IMG/VR virus record: IMGVR_UViG_3300027734_000048 | Coordinates: 32,001 to 96,000 of that record | Reading direction: 5' to 3' (one strand) | DNA length: 64,000 bases | Origin: a virus | In this document: positions 9,738-20,700 of the stretch, one piece after another | How the letters are laid out: every line of letters starts with the position of its first letter | Position numbering within the stretch: position 1 is the stretch's first letter | Made by a program: the position numbers and the translations under genes | The notes under the pieces: generated by a model | The model's input: only the letters and a program-made list of their open reading frames with translations | The model's database searches: none | What the model was told of the DNA's origin: nothing

Positions 9738-12700
9738 TTAAATTTCGCTCAGATAAACAGTCATATCTGGCCCTCCAGAACTTTTAGCATACTCTATATT
9801 ATATACTACAAACCTAGAGTTAGATGATGATATTTGATTTACTGAGTCTTTATCCTTATAGTCAATAGTGACAACATCTCCTAGTTGAACTGTTGGTGTT
9901 GCAAAAACCTTAAGACTAACAGATTTTCTTGGCTTAACAACTTTATTGACAATCCACTCCATTAGCCTGTTTGCGTCATCTTGTGTTTGTATGTATGGTG
10001 TTTCTAATGAAAAATCTTTTTTACCATAGGTAATTCTGCTTACTTTAATATCTTGATAATCATTATCATACTTTATAGGAGATTTTAATAATGTTGATCC
10101 GCTTAGTTGAGGATTTGAAAAATCACTATTTTTATTAAAATACTCATCCATTGTCAATTGGTGTTGTGACTCTTGTGTAAAAGTTATACCTTGAATTCTT
10201 AAGTAATTGCCAGTTGTCTCATCTAGGCTTAGTGCGGTATCTGTTGCATTGAATATTAAAAATTCTGCTCCATAAGATCCTGCTCTAAATCCAGATACTG
10301 TATACCCCTTAATCTTATTAAATGTTGGAGACAGTTTTGCATATAATGCTGGATAGGCTTTGTCATAACGAATATTAAAGTATGCTGCTTCTCTCATAAT
10401 GGTACCAAATTCTTCAAAGTACATATTATATTGTGGTGGCTGAGACGGATTAATACCAGATAAATAGGTTGATTGAACAATACCACTCATTGCATATTTT
10501 CTGAATGATTCATTTGCATCTATCTCAGAATCATTAATCGCTGACATAACTGGTGTATCAAGAGCAAAGGTTGTATTTTGACTATAATTATTTGTTAATG
10601 CGTAGATATTTTCAAACATACATCTTGCAGATCCTCTTACAAACATAGCCATATTGTTATATACTGGCAAAGGAGAAGTATCGTCAACAGTTGCAACAAG
10701 TTTGTTGTTTATGTATAAGTAGAACCTTCTACTGTTTCCAATATTTCTATACTCAACTGCTAAATCATATACCGTTGGATTTTGCTCGCCAACCATTCTG
10801 TATTGACCAGTAAACTTTCCATCGTCAACTGTTATGCTTGCAAGACCACCCCAAAGTTTAACTGGTATAGCATCGGATGTGGCAGAGTCACGCTTTATCT
10901 TATAAAAGATTACATTGTGAAGATTTTCAGCAGATTTATTATAACTACTGATGTTATTTTCTGTTAGTGCTAAAATTTCAAAATAGTATCCAACATTTGT
11001 TGTTGGATTTAGCATAACGGCTAATCCGCCAGAACCAGCACTAATATTAATATTTTGATCTGGAGAATTACCAGTTACCACAAAGTATGTATCACTACCA
11101 ATTGGAGTCTGACCACGGTTCTGGTTATTTTCAATTTTACCAACAATTCTCATTCTTGTACCAAAATGTTTAAATGAGTCTGTCAATGGTTTATGTACAT
11201 ACGAAATAAAGTCAATGCCTTTTTGAGTAGTTGTAAAAGATGGACCATTTAAAATAAATGCAGACGACTGGATTGTTCCAGTTTGGGTTGTTTTAAGTTT
11301 ATTAAAATCTTTTTCTGTGCCATAATATTGAGACAAGAAATTTTTCATAATTCCTGATCTAGTGGATTGAGTTGCCAAATCATTGCTAACTCCTGCTGCA
11401 AGATTGTCTAATGTTAAAAGTGCAATCTTTGCATCTGCTTCAGTTTTACTTGCAAGACTAAACAAATAATCAGACTTCATTGAGCAGCCACGAACATTTG
11501 CATTATCGGACCAGTATGAATTTAAGCCAGCATTGTGCTTTAGAACACTTGTGCCAAACTGACCTCTACCGTGCTTTGCTACTTCTCCATTTTTTAATTT
11601 AGTGATTCCATTTATAGTTTGATAATTTGGATATGAATAAATTCTCACCAATCCTGTTGGATAGATCTTTCCATTATGACTTAGTTTGGAAAAATAGTTT
11701 TGATAATCAGTTACACTTGTAATCCATACATTGCCAATACCGCTGACACTATACTGAACTGCATCATATTTTATGATTTCTCCATTTGCATAAAAATATC
11801 CATTGTATCTTGAAAGCCAATAAATGCCCTCTCCTAAATCCATTGTATTATTAATCATTATATTATTAGAAACGCTTGGAACTGTATCGGATAAATCAGA
11901 GTTAAGTGGTATAGCACCCAAAACATAACTAGACTGCTTATTTGCTTGATCATTAATAGACTTTGTATTATCGTCCCCAGCAACTTCCCACAATAATACT
12001 GGTTTGTATATCCATGTTTTTTCCTGATCAATAATGCTTGCTTGCCTAATTGATCCATATGTTTTTTGAATATATCTTGTCTTATAGTTAATACTTCCAT
12101 CATTAAAAATTTCATTATTTTGAGAGTTAATAGAAATTATGTTTGCAAGTTTTTCATTGGTAGTTTTGTTATTAATTGCACCTTCTTCAATAAAATCTTT
12201 GGTACCATAAAATTCAAAATCAGTTTCTCTTTCTGACTCTTTTGGAAGAATGTAATTTTTACTCATCATTACAAAATTATTATATTCATCAAAGAACATT
12301 GCTGTCTGTGTTGATATCGCTAATTGATTTAATAGTTCAGCAACGCTAGTGTCTGGCGGAATAAAGAAGTATGGAATAATCTGATCAACTTCACCATCTA
12401 CTCTTTTAAATGAATAGTTGGTAAAACCAATTGAATCTAAAAGTGTTGAGACTGCATAACTAAGAGATACATTTGTAACTAGCAGTTGTGGGGCATTGAT
12501 TGATTCTAGGTAAAAGAATAGATCTCTTAATTTTAAAGAAACTTGTCTTGTTTCATTGTTTGACTCTGGAAAACCTTCTGTATACATTGTCTTAATTGGA
12601 ACAAAATAATCATACCCATTTACATTCATAATTATTTCATAAAACTTAACTTGTATATTTTTAGTTATATAGTTTTTAATAATACTGTTGTTATTATTTG

Positions 12701-14057
12701 GATTAAATGCTTGATCGTAGTCAAATAGTTTTAGGGTTCCATTTGATGCAAGCAATTGACCAACTGGAAGGCCAGAAGATCCTAAATCAGATGCCGTTTT
12801 TGTTATTGAAAAATCAACTGTCTTTCCTGATAAATCTACAACTAATCTTGGTGATAGTTCAATTAGATCAAAAGTTGAGTCAGCCCTTGTCATTGTATCA
12901 ACAACAATTCTTAAGCCATTAATATAATCAAACTCTCTATACATTGGCAAACCATCAGATGCATTTGAGTACTGAATTGGAGATGTTGTATCTGTAACAA
13001 AGTTAGTTAATCTATCTACTGTTTCTTCACTTACATACCAGCCATATGTTGGAACAAAGGTCTCATACTTATCTGATACCCAAATATGATACGTGCCTAA
13101 AGAATCTTCATTTTCTTTAACTAAATATGCATAACCATTTATTGATGTTTCTGGTAAAGTTGATGTTGTAGCATGTTCTTCTGCTCTAATAAATGTATCT
13201 TGATATTTATCTGGAACGATTAATCCATATGCTAGTTCTACGTATCCATCTGAACCAATTATTGATGTACCATTTTTTCTTCTTGTGCTTGCATCAAATT
13301 TCTTTATGTCAACCCAGTTATTATTTTTAAGTGCTTGAATCTTCCATTTAACTGGTGTCTTTTTATTTGCATCACCATAGAATGGGTCTGAGAATGATTT
13401 AGAAGATGTTGAAAATGGACCAAGGTCAACAGAGCCAATATGTGTTTGCATTTTTACTACAACTCTATTTACTGGAATTTTATTTTTATAAACAACAAAT
13501 GGTGCTGTATCCTCAATGAAGTATTGGCCATTTAAGGTTTTATTTGCAACACCGTACTCAGAACCATTTTCAGTTCTATAAGATGTCCAGTATTTAAAGT
13601 AATCGCCTTTATCTGGCATATAATATCTTGGTCTTTTTGCCATATCTGAATTAGCATTATGAATATATGAGTTTGAAAAATAAGAAGACTTATTAATACC
13701 TGATCTTGGTCTAAATTTATAAAAACAGTTTTCTAGCGAATAAAGTAATTTAATGTATTCTTTTCTAGAAGTAAGTAGTGTTGGCTGATTTATATCGTCC
13801 ATTCCGCCATCAATTGTTACATCAGCATCGGTTGCTCCATAGTAAAACGGGACCTGTGTATTTTTGTCTTCTCCATCATTAAAACTAGAAATAATATTTT
13901 TATATACAGAACTATCTTGTGTTGGTCTATATCTATAATTGCCAATCTTTTGAATATTTTCTGGTATGTTCATATTCCACTCAGCAATTACAGCAGAGTT
14001 AGTTCTAATAACTGAAGATGTTTGAAGATGATTTTTTAATTCATCATTTTGAAACAT
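9738..14057 (-). CDS. large tail tip / minor tail protein
   Basis: 1439 aa, two genes downstream of the tape measure; C-terminal P.VQLGDVV hub-like motif and an internal lectin-like beta region. Confidence 0.7.
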   Translation of the reverse strand: MFQNDELKNHLQTSSVIRTNSAVIAEWNMNIPENIQKIGNYRYRPTQDSSVYKNIISSFNDGEDKNTQVPFYYGATDADVTIDGGMDDINQPTLLTSRKEYIKLLYSLENCFYKFRPRSGINKSSYFSNSYIHNANSDMAKRPRYYMPDKGDYFKYWTSYRTENGSEYGVANKTLNGQYFIEDTAPFVVYKNKIPVNRVVVKMQTHIGSVDLGPFSTSSKSFSDPFYGDANKKTPVKWKIQALKNNNWVDIKKFDASTRRKNGTSIIGSDGYVELAYGLIVPDKYQDTFIRAEEHATTSTLPETSINGYAYLVKENEDSLGTYHIWVSDKYETFVPTYGWYVSEETVDRLTNFVTDTTSPIQYSNASDGLPMYREFDYINGLRIVVDTMTRADSTFDLIELSPRLVVDLSGKTVDFSITKTASDLGSSGLPVGQLLASNGTLKLFDYDQAFNPNNNNSIIKNYITKNIQVKFYEIIMNVNGYDYFVPIKTMYTEGFPESNNETRQVSLKLRDLFFYLESINAPQLLVTNVSLSYAVSTLLDSIGFTNYSFKRVDGEVDQIIPYFFIPPDTSVAELLNQLAISTQTAMFFDEYNNFVMMSKNYILPKESERETDFEFYGTKDFIEEGAINNKTTNEKLANIISINSQNNEIFNDGSINYKTRYIQKTYGSIRQASIIDQEKTWIYKPVLLWEVAGDDNTKSINDQANKQSSYVLGAIPLNSDLSDTVPSVSNNIMINNTMDLGEGIYWLSRYNGYFYANGEIIKYDAVQYSVSGIGNVWITSVTDYQNYFSKLSHNGKIYPTGLVRIYSYPNYQTINGITKLKNGEVAKHGRGQFGTSVLKHNAGLNSYWSDNANVRGCSMKSDYLFSLASKTEADAKIALLTLDNLAAGVSNDLATQSTRSGIMKNFLSQYYGTEKDFNKLKTTQTGTIQSSAFILNGPSFTTTQKGIDFISYVHKPLTDSFKHFGTRMRIVGKIENNQNRGQTPIGSDTYFVVTGNSPDQNINISAGSGGLAVMLNPTTNVGYYFEILALTENNISSYNKSAENLHNVIFYKIKRDSATSDAIPVKLWGGLASITVDDGKFTGQYRMVGEQNPTVYDLAVEYRNIGNSRRFYLYINNKLVATVDDTSPLPVYNNMAMFVRGSARCMFENIYALTNNYSQNTTFALDTPVMSAINDSEIDANESFRKYAMSGIVQSTYLSGINPSQPPQYNMYFEEFGTIMREAAYFNIRYDKAYPALYAKLSPTFNKIKGYTVSGFRAGSYGAEFLIFNATDTALSLDETTGNYLRIQGITFTQESQHQLTMDEYFNKNSDFSNPQLSGSTLLKSPIKYDNDYQDIKVSRITYGKKDFSLETPYIQTQDDANRLMEWIVNKVVKPRKSVSLKVFATPTVQLGDVVTIDYKDKDSVNQISSSNSRFVVYNIEYAKSSGGPDMTVYLSEI

Positions 14058-14058
14058 T

Positions 14059-14712
14059 CTATGCCTCTTCCAGGGTTACTGAGATATTCCAAAAATCATG
14101 ATTACTTCCGCCACGCTTTTGTACGCTATAAGAAAAATCACTAAAAAACATTTCAACCAATTGATTATATTGTCCAAGATGTCCATAGTCTGCATCATCT
14201 TTTCCAAAATTTGAATATTTATCATATGCTAGATATACCCAAAAAGATCCCTGATGGTTTTCATACCAATCAAGTAGTTCAACTCCACCAGCACCACCAT
14301 CAGAAGTATATTCTAAAGAGTTCTTTTCTTTTACTAATGGCTTTCCATTTGATGGATTAAACTCTGGAGCAAGTGCAAAAGATCTAGAAGGAAGCATACT
14401 CCAACTAGTAGAAATTGTCAACTTGTCTGCAACATGATAAGAACGCATTCTGCCATTAATCATTCTTTCACGCTTTTCAATTCTGGTTGGTTTAAAATCA
14501 ATCGGCTGTCTATTATCATCTGAAAGAATTAAAAATTGATTAAATGTGGATTCGTCTGTTTCTGATCCAGTTGTTGATCCAACCTCATAGCCATTTGGAA
14601 CATAAACACCATTAACTAGTGTGCCAGAGTTTTCTGACCATAACATTGCTTGTGGTCTTTGATACTTTCTTCTACCAGACATATAGGCAGCAGCATTTGG
14701 GTTAGTAGCCAT
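14059..14712 (-). CDS. distal tail-like protein
   Basis: Immediately follows the tape measure; ERMINGRMR motif and WNISVTLEEA ending. Confidence 0.65.
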   Translation of the reverse strand: MATNPNAAAYMSGRRKYQRPQAMLWSENSGTLVNGVYVPNGYEVGSTTGSETDESTFNQFLILSDDNRQPIDFKPTRIEKRERMINGRMRSYHVADKLTISTSWSMLPSRSFALAPEFNPSNGKPLVKEKNSLEYTSDGGAGGVELLDWYENHQGSFWVYLAYDKYSNFGKDDADYGHLGQYNQLVEMFFSDFSYSVQKRGGSNHDFWNISVTLEEA

Positions 14713-17700
14713 TATAGTTTATTACCTCTTAATCTCATAGAATCTACTTGTTTAATCTTAGTCATTACTGTATTTGCAATATCATTTGCATTAGCATCAG
14801 ACTTAACATTTACTGTCAACTCATAATTATACACTGATCCAAGTTGTTGTGAACCGTTATTAATGGCTTTCATGGTTCCCGTGCCATAATTATCAACAGC
14901 ATATTTACTCATAACAAATTCCCCTGGTGTAAGCATTGCTGGTACTGTATCTGTACCCTTAGCAAATCCACCTATAGCAAAATATTTAGGAACAAATCCA
15001 CCAGAAGAATATCCACCTCTTCTTCCACCAGGAAACATTGCAGCATCTGCAGCAACCCTTGCAGCCTGTGCTTTTTCTTGAGCAGCAACCTGTGCTTGAT
15101 ATGCCAATCCTTGTCCAGTCCATCTAGCAGTCATGGCTGCATCTGCAGCAGACATTCCAGTTCCAACTAAAGAAGATGCCATTGCGTTAGCAACAACTGA
15201 TGGAGTTAAACCTGCTTTTACTGCATCTGAAACAGCAGTATTAACATCATCTGTAGTTTTTGCAAGAGCAAAGGCAACCATTGCGTTTGCTTGATTTGCT
15301 GCTGCATCTGCCTCTGGTGTTGTTGTAGTTTTAGGTTTAGTTACAGGAGGCGGAGTAAAATTATTTTGCTGTGTTGTAACACTTCCTGGAACTCCTGCAG
15401 CATACTGCTGAATCTTTGATAGAATTGAAGCCCACATATTATTAATTGCTGTTGCAGATGTTAATAGTGCACCAAATGCTGTATCTAGATTCTTTGATGC
15501 AAGTGCAGATGCATCAATCTTTGCAAATGTCAAATCCCATTCTCCACGAGTTTGTCCCATTACCTTTAATGAAGCAACCTGCTTATCTATTTGATTTTGC
15601 AGAACAATATTTTCATATGTCAGTGCATCTATGTTTGTTTGAATTGGACGAATCTTTGTATTTTCAATATTATAAATTTCATCTTCTTTTGTTTTAATTT
15701 TAGCAAGTTCTGCATTTTGAAGTTGTTGCAAGTTATAAATTTCATCTTGCTTTGCCTTAATGTCTGCAACAATTTTAAGTCTTGCTGGATTATTTTCCAT
15801 TGCATAAAGTTTTTGAGCATTTTGATATTGTTGTTCTTGAATTTGTATTTCTGTCAAGCCAGACTGTGGACCCTTTAGTCTTCCTAAAGCATTTTGTCGT
15901 GATTGTTCAAGGGCATCCATTTGTGATGTAGCATATTGATCAGCATTGGCCTGTCTCATTTCTTGTGCAGCCTGTGCTGCTGCAGCAATATCACCCTGAG
16001 TCAATGCATCAGCAAGACCAAGTTGTCTTCCCTGTTGAGCAATTATCTGATCATTAACAGCCTTGACCTCATTAAGGTTTTTAACTTGTTCATCATAAGA
16101 TTTATTAACAGCATCTGCTTGATGAGAAATAATAGCAAGATCATTTCCATAAATTGTGTTTTGATCTTGAATTGCCTGCATTGCACGGTTGCCAAATATT
16201 GGACTTGTTTCAAGTTGTCTATCTAATGATTCTACTTGAGTATTAAGGGCCTCTATTGGTCTTGTATATGCAATCTCAATGCTTCTTTGTGCATCTGCTA
16301 TTGATTGATTAATGTCAGCAACTTGTTTTTGGAATGGAAGAAGTTGTGCTTGATAATCTGCAATTTTTTGATTATTTGAATCTAGTTGTTGTCCAAGTGG
16401 TCCATTCTTAATCAATGCCTCTTGTACAGAGAACATTTCATTTACTAGTTGTCTTCCTTCTTCTGCAGCACCTGCAAAATCTCCCATTGCAAGTTTTACA
16501 CGAATATCAATCGATTTCTTTTCTGCGATTGAATCAATATAATCTTTTATGTCTCCTGCTTCAATCTTTCCATCTTTAAGGTCTTCAATTAAGTACTTTG
16601 CAATATCAGGATCTGACAAAGCCTCATTAATTTGATCAGCACTGTATCCTGCCTCTTTCATAGATTTTGCTAGTCCTGGGGCATTCTTTGAAATAGCAAA
16701 GTCTGAGTTTGCCTGTCTTGCTTTTGTTAGTGCATTAAGTCTTGAAGTTGCATCAGATGCTGCCTGAGCGTCTGCAATGAATTTCTTCATTTCTTCAGAA
16801 CCCTTTTTACCAACCGCACCTGATGCAATACCTGCTGCTATTGCAGAATCTTCTACAGTTTTTAATGCATCGGATGTGCTCATTCCAGAAGCAATAAGAA
16901 TTTTAAATGCTGCATCTTGATTTTTTGTTGTTTCTAAAACTTCTTTTTGTGCAACATTAAATTCACCGATTACGGCTTCACGGTATGTTTGCATTACCGC
17001 TTGACCTTCTTTTGTTAATCCAGTAATGTTTGCCTTTGTTTTTTCTTTACCCTTTTCATAGGTAAACATATTCTTTCCCTTTGGCAATGATGCAAACTTT
17101 TTAAAGTCATCTGCACTCATTCCAGAAATCATATCTCTAAATTCTTTTGGAACACCAAGTTTAATCATTCTTTGTTGCAAACCATCAAATAGTGTAAACA
17201 TCTTTGAAACATCTTTTTGAGCCTGCTTTCCACTAAATGCTGCAATCATAGATTTAAGTGGGGTTGTTGCATCGAAGGCTCCGTCACGAACATTTTTAAT
17301 TCTCATTGCAAGTGAGTCAAGGAAGTCTAGTGGATTTGCTCCTGTTGAATTTGTATTTGAAGCAGGTCCTGGCTTGTTGCTTGGAATTGATGTTGGAACT
17401 TTGTTTGGCAATAGATCATTTGCAATCATTCCAGTAACGGCAGAGTCGGTTACTACTGATGGTATAGATTTATTTTTTCTGTACTGTGCAATTTCTGATT
17501 TTCCGATTGTTTTATAAAGTTCTATATATGTAAGAACAACACTCTTTTGAATTTTTGGATCTTTATCTTTCCACTTATCCCAATCACTTATTAAAGCCGT
17601 CATGTCTGGCATATCTGGATTTGCCTTAACTATGTCTTCTATTACAGTAAGAGTTACAGGCTCAGTTCCAATTTTACTATCTACGCTATCTAATAGTGCA

Positions 17701-20700
17701 CTTAGTTTTTCTAGGTTTCCCTTTGTTTTTAAGAATACTTCTAAGTCTAACTCTTTACCATCAAGTTGCATTAAAGAACTTAAGGTATTCATATTATTTT
17801 CAAATGTTGCTGCACCTTCTTTTGATGTCATCTTTACAAAAATATCTTTTGCAGTTTCTTCATCAAAATTAGAAAGTATTGTAAGCAGTTGCTGAACCTT
17901 GCCAGGATCTTGCATTTTAAGTGCTGCTGTAATTTGTGTATACATGCCATTTTCATCTTTGCCAAATATATTTAATAAGTTTGTTGCAGAAACAGTATCT
18001 AGTTGACCGCCAGAAACCAATGTGTTAATTAAAACTTCTATCTTTTCTGATTTAAGTCCCTTGGTTTGTGAAAGCAACGCTTTGGCAAGTGGGGCTGCAT
18101 CTCCAGTATATTTTGCAGAAACAGCATTTCTTGATGCAGAAATAACTGCATTCTTATTCATACCTATCTGACCAGGAAGTTTACCCTTTAATGATTTATC
18201 AAATAAGTCTGAAGTTTGTTTTAAACTTTTTGCTGTAAATGAGTTTAATTTTGCATCATCTTTTGCTTGTCGTTTTTTAACATCTTCTATCTTTCCATCT
18301 ATTACTAATTGTTTTGCTTTATCTGCAGTTGCTAGTTTTTGTGCTTCAAGTTTGCGTATTTCATCATCATACATTTTCTTTTGTGCATCTCTTTGAGCCT
18401 GTATAATGGTTAGATTTTGAGACTGAAGTGCCTGTGCTGCAGCAAAAGAATCTGTAGAGGCAGAAGATGCACTACCAGTTCTTTGAGCATTTGTTGCAGC
18501 CGTTGTCATTGCATCTGTAATTTCATTTTGCGTATTAATTATTTTAATTCTAATTGTAAGCGGATCAACAAGTAAGTTTTGGCCATCTGGTCCAACGAGA
18601 TTTGTTATTTCACCTTGAATCTTTGTTCCAATTGTCATGTTGCCAAGATCTAAGCCAATTTGTCTTGCTACGCTATATGCTTGTTCAGCAGTTAATATTC
18701 CATCAGAAATATAAGCAGAAAGTTGCAATGCTAGTTTTTTAGATGCTTGATCTCCACCTGCTGCAAGATCTTTTACAAAAGATTCTTTTATAGACTTTCC
18801 AACATCTGATTGGAAGAAATCTGTTCCAAATTGACTCTTTCCTCTTTCAAATATCTTTGTATATCTATCAGCACTGCCTTCTTGTCTCTTTCTTGAATAA
18901 AGTTCTGAGGCTCCAACCTTACCTGTTATTTCACCAATTTTCTTCATCTTATCTGTTGTTGCAGATATAGAATTAATATAATCAACTTGCTTCTTAACTG
19001 TAGCATCAAAGTGTTTCTTCATTAGCCATACAGATCCCGCTGCTGCTGCCACTCCAAGTGCAAGACCCTGTGGACCGCTAAGACCAGCAAGCATTGGTGC
19101 AAATGATGCAACCATAGATCCAGTTCCAAGTGCTGCTGTGACTTGTGTTGGTGCTCCAGCCATACCAGAAACCATTGCAGCAGTACCAAGTGCTCCTGCA
19201 ACCTTACCAGAATATTGCCCAACTGCTTCTCTACGCATTCCCCTTGCCTGCTGAACTTCTAATTTTCTTTGTGCTTTAAGGTTTGCAGCATTTGTTTTTT
19301 GTTGTTCTGGTGTAAGTGGTCCAATAAACCCTATATCTCCAGCAACAAGATCTGACTGAGATGTTCCTGGGTAGTTCCCTGCTGCTGCTGCATCCTGTGC
19401 ATTTCTAACTGCTTGCTCTTTTGCAATAATCTCTTGTTGTCTTAAATCATTTAGTCTTTGCTCTTGTGCAGCAGACTCAGCAACATTTACACTCGTAGTT
19501 TTTGTTTGTCTTGCAATTGCATCATTTAATTTTGTAGTAGTTACTAACTTTCCAGTTAATTTTCTATAGTGTCTGTCTATAGACTTTTGTCTTTGACGCA
19601 TTTCAGGATCTTCTTTCATAATCCTGTATTTTTCAAGATTTGCAGTATCAATATTTGATGCAGCGTTTGCAAGTCTATCTGATTGTGAAGCCACACCTGC
19701 TTCTCTAGACTTCATGCCTTCAATAAGTCCATCTCCAATATCTTGTCCAAGTTTTCTAGTTCTCTTTGAAGGTGAAGCAGTTTGTGCTATTTGTTCTGCT
19801 TTGGTTAAACTCTTTTCAACACTTTCTGGAAGATCATCTATAGTTCCAAGAACCTCTGATGCAGTTCTTGCTTCAACATTTCCATATTTTGCATTACTTG
19901 CTTTTGGACCAAGAGTTCCAGCACCTGCTTTTGCAAGGCGATCATTAATTGGTCCAAGATCTTCTTGCTTAATAGATGTTCTAAGTGCAGTGATAGTTCT
20001 TTTTGCTGTTTCAATTACAGCCTTAAAATCAGGAATAAGGGAGTCTATGTCTTTTCTAACTTCTGACTCTAACTTTAAGAATACATCATCTGTGAAAGGC
20101 TCTGGAATCTTTTTCCCTGCATTTTCTTGATTCCATGCCTGAATTTTTTGAAGCAATGCCTTGTCATAAATTTCTGCCTGGGCATGAATCTTGTCAAAAT
20201 CTGCACCGACAAGTTCTGTCATGGTCTTCCATTTTTCAGCACCAGTCTTTGCAAACTCTTCTTCAAATGCAGAGCCTACAGTTTTTCCATTTTTCTTTTC
20301 AAAATTCTTTTGATTTGGGCTTGCCATTCCTCTATTGACAGACTGCTTCATGTCAAATCCAAATGCATCTGCAACTCTTACATCTGGTGCTTGTCTTCCA
20401 GTTTCTGCATAATAGGCTTTAACAATATCCATCTGCTTTTGGATCTTTGGAGAAACTTTTAAACCACTTGCTGTTCCAATGTCAACTTTATGTGTATCTC
20501 CTACGTGTGCAAAAGATCCGCCTTGACCTTCATCAAACTTCTTAAACCATCTCCCCATGATGCTTGGTCCACCATCAGCACCTGGAGCCTTTCCTATTTC
20601 ATTTAATCCTTCTTGTGTAAGTTTTCCAGTTTTTGCTTTAACTTCTGCAAGTAATTCTTCAAAGTTTTTAAGGACTGCAGCACGAATTTCTTCCATTGTT